DNA from: an uncultured virus (IMG/VR IMGVR_UViG_3300025626_000016)
Lineage: Duplodnaviria; Heunggongvirae; Uroviricota; Caudoviricetes
Length of the DNA stretch: 20,000 nt
Virus record (IMG/VR): IMGVR_UViG_3300025626_000016
Direction: 5' to 3' (one strand)
Shown: positions 15,867 through 20,000 of the stretch, piece after piece
Numbering within the stretch: position 1 is the first letter of the stretch
Layout: every line of letters starts with the position of its first letter
Made by a program: the position numbers and the translations under genes
Notes under the pieces: model-generated
Databases searched by the model: none
What the model saw: the letters and a program-made list of their open reading frames with translations, nothing else
Told to the model about the DNA's origin: nothing

Positions 15867-16882
15867 ATAGATTCTAATATGTTTTTCCAATCATATGATC
15901 TGGCATTCCATGTTTGTTGTTTAGACCATTTATAAGCATCATTAATTGATTTATCTTTAAGTCCACTACTTAGTGTACCTAGTATTTGTATAACCTGATT
16001 CCAATTTGTTTCATTTCTTTCTAAGATAACTCCACTATTTACAGTCTCTTTTAATGCTGCTACCGTGGTAACAATAGGTAATACTTTGGCATATTGCATT
16101 TCAAGCGCAGTAATACAATATGTTTCTTCATAATCAGTTACATAGCACCAATATTCTGCACGTAACATTGCAGCGTGTAATGTTTCTTGATCTACTGTAC
16201 CATGACACGTAACTTCTTCAAACTTATTAAATGAATAGTCAGTATGATTTGCTATAGAATAGCCTGGAGAATATATGTCTAATGTTGCATGTGGCATTAT
16301 ATCTTTTATCTTTGGCCAGTTTTTTAATAATTCTAATAAGCCACGTTCAGGTGCAGAACTATATATGAATTTACCTTTTATTTTTTCAGGAGTACCATTA
16401 AATGTCGAAGGATCAATGGCATTACCAATCACTGAGATTTTATTTAAAGGTATATTATATGTGTGTGCCCAATGATTCTTATGCCAGTTAGTCAAACAAA
16501 TTGTATGATCAACTTGTTGTGTTAAAATGTTTGCGTCTCCTAACACTTTATGATTCCACCATGGGTGATGATGTGTATTATGTGCCCAAAATACTTTCTT
16601 TGCTGAATACCCTTCAAACTCTTTTAGAAAATGGATATAACTTGCAGATATAATATAATCAAACTGATCAAAATATTTTTCATGAACAGTATGTGTTGAT
16701 ATCCATTCTACACCATCAATTAAACCAGAATCTTTTACTTCACCAGAAACCACAACCTTATAACCAAATTTAACTATCTCTTTAGCTATATTAATTATAG
16801 CAATTTCAGTTCCTGCTAATCCAATACTGGTATTGCTATCAAATTTGTTTTTTTGATAACCCGCATAAAATAATATTCTCAT
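15863..16882 (-). CDS. GT-B glycosyltransferase, GT4-like
   Basis: GLAGTE N-terminal loop, WAHN, VIGNAID, IYSSAPERGL, EETYCITALEMQ (E-x7-E), AALKETV. Confidence 0.85.
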   Translation of the reverse strand: MRILFYAGYQKNKFDSNTSIGLAGTEIAIINIAKEIVKFGYKVVVSGEVKDSGLIDGVEWISTHTVHEKYFDQFDYIISASYIHFLKEFEGYSAKKVFWAHNTHHHPWWNHKVLGDANILTQQVDHTICLTNWHKNHWAHTYNIPLNKISVIGNAIDPSTFNGTPEKIKGKFIYSSAPERGLLELLKNWPKIKDIMPHATLDIYSPGYSIANHTDYSFNKFEEVTCHGTVDQETLHAAMLRAEYWCYVTDYEETYCITALEMQYAKVLPIVTTVAALKETVNSGVILERNETNWNQVIQILGTLSSGLKDKSINDAYKWSKQQTWNARSYDWKNILESI

Positions 16883-16893
16883 TATAATCTAGC

Positions 16894-16920
16894 AAAAAAA
16901 ACCCACACGAATGTAGGTTT
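16894..16920 (-). terminator. Intrinsic terminator with UUCG loop
   Basis: AAACCTACA-TTCG-TGTGGGTTT running into a T8 tract. Confidence 0.8.
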
Positions 16921-16930
16921 AATTTATAAT

Positions 16931-17842
16931 TTAGTTCTTATTTCTTTTAACTTTAGGTGGAGCGTCTATAAACCAACCCTTATAATATTCTCTTTTTTCA
17001 TAGATATAATTCATGTAATCATCCACTTTGCCCTTCCAATCTTCATCAATTGCTGGATTTATAATTCCAGATTTGTAACTAGAAAAAACCTGATTAATCC
17101 ATTCTGCACCGCTTTCTTTATTATCATAAAGACTAGAGTTTATAGTATAAAAAGATCCTCTGCTTATATTATTCCACACATCCATTGGATAAACTTCTTT
17201 TTCAAGAACAACAGAATATAATGCACTTTCACTAATGTGTGTACTATATACTGTTTTAGCTTTTTGTAAAAAGTAATAAAGATCTATGTCTCTTGGTAAA
17301 ATAGATTCTTCACCAAATAAATCTTTAATTTCACCTATAACTGCATGTGTAGTAATAGGATGTGGTTTAAAATAAACATCACCTTTATGTTTCTCAGCAA
17401 CTTCAATTAATTTATTTAAACAACAATTTTCTTTAAGCTTATTTGAACCTGGTAAAATAACCAAAGTGCTTTTATCTTCATATCTGTCGAAATCTTTCTT
17501 GCGATTTTGATATTTATTAGCTTGATCTTTTTCGATATTTTCTTTAAAGTAAGATACCCAATCATAGACGTGTTCGACATCATGTACTAAAGCATCAGCA
17601 ATTTGTTCTCTTCTCATTTTGAGATTTAGTGGTTGCATTAAAAAACAAGTAGCATATTCTGTATATCCCATTGTTTTAAAGTACGGCATTTCTTCTGCTA
17701 TAACATCATAACTGTGTTCTAATCCAAGTTCTCTACATTTTCTTAAAACATATCGTTCCACTTGTTCGAGTGGTTCTAGTTTTGTATTTTTCTTTAGAGG
17801 CCCAATTCTTTCATTTAGCACCTTTTTGTTAAACATTTCCAT
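16931..17842 (-). CDS. Putative GT-B glycosyltransferase, KpsS/KpsC- or sialyltransferase-like
   Basis: VYFKPHP motif, followed by LLQ-like FLQKAKTVYSTHISESALYSVVLEKEVY, resembling the KpsS/KpsC V.T.NS.VG.EA...GK.V segment. Confidence 0.5.
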   Translation of the reverse strand: MEMFNKKVLNERIGPLKKNTKLEPLEQVERYVLRKCRELGLEHSYDVIAEEMPYFKTMGYTEYATCFLMQPLNLKMRREQIADALVHDVEHVYDWVSYFKENIEKDQANKYQNRKKDFDRYEDKSTLVILPGSNKLKENCCLNKLIEVAEKHKGDVYFKPHPITTHAVIGEIKDLFGEESILPRDIDLYYFLQKAKTVYSTHISESALYSVVLEKEVYPMDVWNNISRGSFYTINSSLYDNKESGAEWINQVFSSYKSGIINPAIDEDWKGKVDDYMNYIYEKREYYKGWFIDAPPKVKRNKN

Positions 17843-17892
17843 ATATAAAAAGTAATTTAATAGTTATACACAATAACATGTGTTTGTTTAAT

Positions 17893-17900
17893 TATTTATC
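17893..17900 (-). promoter_or_regulatory. Putative late promoter GATAAATA
   Basis: Lies between the terminator at 17918-17947 and the start at 17842; same octamer at 13123-13130. Confidence 0.4.
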
Positions 17901-17917
17901 TCATTTATTTTTAGAGC

Positions 17918-17947
17918 AAAAAAAAAGCATACCTAAGTATGCTTTTT
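17918..17947 (-). terminator. Intrinsic terminator after the Thr-rich gene
   Basis: AAAAAGCATAC-TTAG-GTATGCTTTTT running into a T9 tract. Confidence 0.88.
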
Positions 17948-17965
17948 AAATTAATTGAGTTATTT

Positions 17966-19999
17966 CTAGTTACCATTATAACTGTTTACTCTCCATTGTC
18001 TATTTGTATTATAAACATCTAGTGGTTCGTTAGTTGAATACCAAGTTTCTTGTACTTCGTAATCTGTACTCCACGTTGTAGTAATAGCACTTGTTGTAGA
18101 TCTCGTTGTGTTCCACGTTGTTGTTGTGTTCCATGTGGTATTCCACGAAGTAGTAACACTATAGATAGTTGACCATATAGTCGTTGTCGATTTAGATGTC
18201 GCTGCATTTGTATTAAATGTAGTCGTAGTTGATCTAGTCGTATTAAATGTGGTCGTAGTCGAGTGGCTTGTATTAAATGTAGTCGTAGTCGTTTTAGACG
18301 TTGTTTGAGACGTATTAAATGTTGTCACCCATGATGTAGTCCATGAAGTTGTCGTTGACTGATTAGTATTAAACGTTGTCAACCAAGTTGTATTAAATGT
18401 AGTTATAGTTGACTTACTAGTTTGATATTGTGTAGTCCACGATGTTGTACGTGTATAGTTTGTAATTCTACTAGTTTCCCAAGTTGTTGTCCATGCAGTT
18501 GTCGTCGCATGTTCTGTTCCCCTATTAGTTCCTCTGGATGTACTCCATATAGTTACTGTCGAATGAGACGTTCCATGATTCGTAGACTGGGACGTATTAA
18601 ACGTAGTCGTAGTTGAATGCTCTGTTGACCTAGTTGTATTCCATGAAGTAGTCCATGAAGTATTGAACGTAGTTACTGTAGATTTACTTGTTGACCATGT
18701 TGTTGTAAACGTAGTCGTTGTTGAATGTTCTGTTCCTCTAGTCGTGTTCCATGAAGTTGTCCATGATGTATTGTAAACTGTAGTCGTTGCTCTAGTCGTA
18801 TTCCATGATGTGTTAAAAACTGTAGTAGTCACATGCTCTGTTCCTCTAGTCGTGTTCCATGAAGTTGTCCATGAGGTAGTATAACTCGTCGTCGTAGCTC
18901 TACTAGTTGACCATGTTGTATTAAATGTAGTTGTTGTAGATTTAGTCGTTGACTGATTAGTATTAAACGTCGTTGTCCATGAGGTAGTATAACTCGTCGT
19001 CGTAGCTCTACTAGTTGACCACGTTGTATTAAATGTAGTTGTTGTAGATTTAGTCGTTGACTGATTAGTATTAAACGTTGTCACCCACGAAGTAGTCCAC
19101 GAAGTTAACGTTGTTTTAGTTGTGTTCCATGTTGTGTTATAAACCGTAGTAGTTGACCTAGAAGTTGACTGATTTGTATTAAAAGTAGTAGTCGTTGTTC
19201 TAGAAGTAGATCTCTTTGTATTTCGCGATGTTATCCAAGTAGTATTAAATGTTGTCGTAGTCGATTTGCTAGTTGACCACGCTGTATTGTAAACTGTTGT
19301 TGTGGTTTTATTCGTGCCTCTGGTTGTGTTCCATGAGGTAGTCCACGAAGTAGTCCACGAAGTTAGCGTTGATTTAGTTGTGTTCCATGATGTGTTATAA
19401 ACCGTAGTAGTTGACCTAGAAGTTGACTGACTTGTATTAAATGTTGTCGTAGTCGATTTACTAGTTGATCTAGTTGTATTTCTTGATGTTGACCAGGTTG
19501 TCGTAAATGTTGTCGTAGTCGATTTACTCGTTGACTGGCTTGTATTAAAAGTTGTAGTTGTAGATTTATTAGTTCCTCTACTAGTTCCTCTTACGGTGTT
19601 CCATGAAGTTGTCCATGTAGTTACAGTGGATTTGCTAGTTGACTGACTTGTATTAAAAGTTGTCGTTGTTGCTCTAGTTGTGTTCCATGTCGTTGTAGTA
19701 GATTTACTAGTTGACCATGTTGTAGTCCAATTAGTTGTAGTAGATTTACTAGTTATAAACGTCGTTGTAGTAGATTTACTAGTTGCAAATGTAGTAGTAG
19801 TTGAATGTTCCGTTGATCTACTAGTTATAAATGTTGTTGTAGTAGATTTAGACGTATTAAACGTAGTCGTTGTCGATTTACTAGTTGCCCACGTAGTCGT
19901 GGTTGCACGCTCCGTTGACTGACTTGTACTAAATGTAGTCGTTGTTGATTTACTAGTTGCCCATGTAGTCGTGGTTGCACGCGTTGTATTCCAAGATGT
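17966..19999 (-). CDS. Large Thr/Ser/Asn/aromatic repeat protein, C-terminal >=677 aa (start lies beyond the window)
   Basis: The frame of track ORF 17966..19084 was read codon by codon to 19999 with no stop; units such as KSTTTTFNTS, WTTSWNTT and RGTEHSTTTT continue throughout. Confidence 0.9.
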   Translation of the reverse strand, partial: TSWNTTRATTTTWATSKSTTTTFSTSQSTERATTTTWATSKSTTTTFNTSKSTTTTFITSRSTEHSTTTTFATSKSTTTTFITSKSTTTNWTTTWSTSKSTTTTWNTTRATTTTFNTSQSTSKSTVTTWTTSWNTVRGTSRGTNKSTTTTFNTSQSTSKSTTTTFTTTWSTSRNTTRSTSKSTTTTFNTSQSTSRSTTTVYNTSWNTTKSTLTSWTTSWTTSWNTTRGTNKTTTTVYNTAWSTSKSTTTTFNTTWITSRNTKRSTSRTTTTTFNTNQSTSRSTTTVYNTTWNTTKTTLTSWTTSWVTTFNTNQSTTKSTTTTFNTTWSTSRATTTSYTTSWTTTFNTNQSTTKSTTTTFNTTWSTSRATTTSYTTSWTTSWNTTRGTEHVTTTVFNTSWNTTRATTTVYNTSWTTSWNTTRGTEHSTTTTFTTTWSTSKSTVTTFNTSWTTSWNTTRSTEHSTTTTFNTSQSTNHGTSHSTVTIWSTSRGTNRGTEHATTTAWTTTWETSRITNYTRTTSWTTQYQTSKSTITTFNTTWLTTFNTNQSTTTSWTTSWVTTFNTSQTTSKTTTTTFNTSHSTTTTFNTTRSTTTTFNTNAATSKSTTTIWSTIYSVTTSWNTTWNTTTTWNTTRSTTSAITTTWSTDYEVQETWYSTNEPLDVYNTNRQWRVNSYNGN
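18864..19079. repeat. 108-bp tandem duplication inside the Thr-rich gene
   Basis: 18864-18971 versus 18972-19079 match at 106 of 108 positions (36 codons, in frame). Confidence 0.9.
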
Positions 20000-20000
20000 A

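Noticed and set aside
1566..16475. Plus-strand ORFs at 1566, 2787, 4612, 4935, 10677, 11484, 12427, 15744 and 16275
   Set aside because: All overlap well-supported minus-strand genes, show no recognisable motifs, and oppose the uniform gene orientation.
19082..19084. GTG start of the Thr-rich ORF given by the track
   Set aside because: The frame stays open with the same repeat pattern to 19999; the true start is outside the window.
19680..19922. Plus-strand Val-rich ORF, also 18422..18616 (+) and 18019..18207 (-)
   Set aside because: Antisense or alternative-frame shadows of the Thr codon runs.
17966..19999. WxxW C-mannosylation motifs or collagen Gly-X-Y repeats
   Set aside because: Trp spacing is W-x3-W (WTTSW, WNTTW) and Gly is rare; neither motif is present.
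17966..20000. Possible CRISPR array or non-coding satellite
   Set aside because: No constant repeat with unique spacers; variation falls at synonymous positions of one open frame, so the repeats are coding.
1..20000. Stop-codon reassignment as seen in some large phages
   Set aside because: Known genes are full length in code 11; TAG (phoH, 14091, 17966) and TGA (ATGA overlaps) both act as stops.
1..20000. tRNA, rRNA, integrase or transposase
   Set aside because: Intergenic gaps are short and explained by promoters and terminators; no cloverleaf or recombinase motifs seen by eye (tRNAscan not run).
1..20000. Eukaryotic giant-virus origin suggested by the PLOD-like gene
   Set aside because: bS21, PhoH, overlapping operon-style genes and intrinsic terminators indicate a bacterial-host system.

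Overview
AT-rich, gene-dense window with every credible gene on the minus strand and no Shine-Dalgarno motifs evident. It most likely comes from a large lytic phage of a Bacteroidota (Flavobacteriia-like) host; this is inferred from the Bacteroidota-type bS21, the SD-less A-rich starts and the gene mix. In transcription order (right to left): (1) a >=677-aa Thr/Ser/aromatic repeat protein running off the window end; (2) a KpsS-like GT-B protein, a GT4-like glycosyltransferase and a GT25 glycosyltransferase fused to a PLOD/lysyl-hydroxylase-like 2OG-Fe(II) domain; (3) a HAD phosphatase, an ATP-grasp protein and a DEDDy exonuclease; (4) a proteostasis/translation cluster (Hsp20, DnaJ, bS21, PhoH, three small paralogues with a UVR-like EE[YF]EKC motif); (5) RNase HII, two more HAD phosphatases, UvsE and many small hypotheticals; (6) a zincin and a Zn-ribbon GNAT. 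Regulatory grammar is visible: a 33-bp promoter-like element in four copies, a GATA[T/A]ATA late-promoter-like motif, a sigma54-like site with TGACA-N3-TGTCA upstream of hsp20, and five intrinsic terminators. The best candidate novel systems are a hydroxylation/glycosylation module beside its likely repeat-protein substrate, and a set of protein-modifying enzymes sharing a T4-CTS-like N-terminal leader. All family calls come from motif recognition by eye, not database searches.
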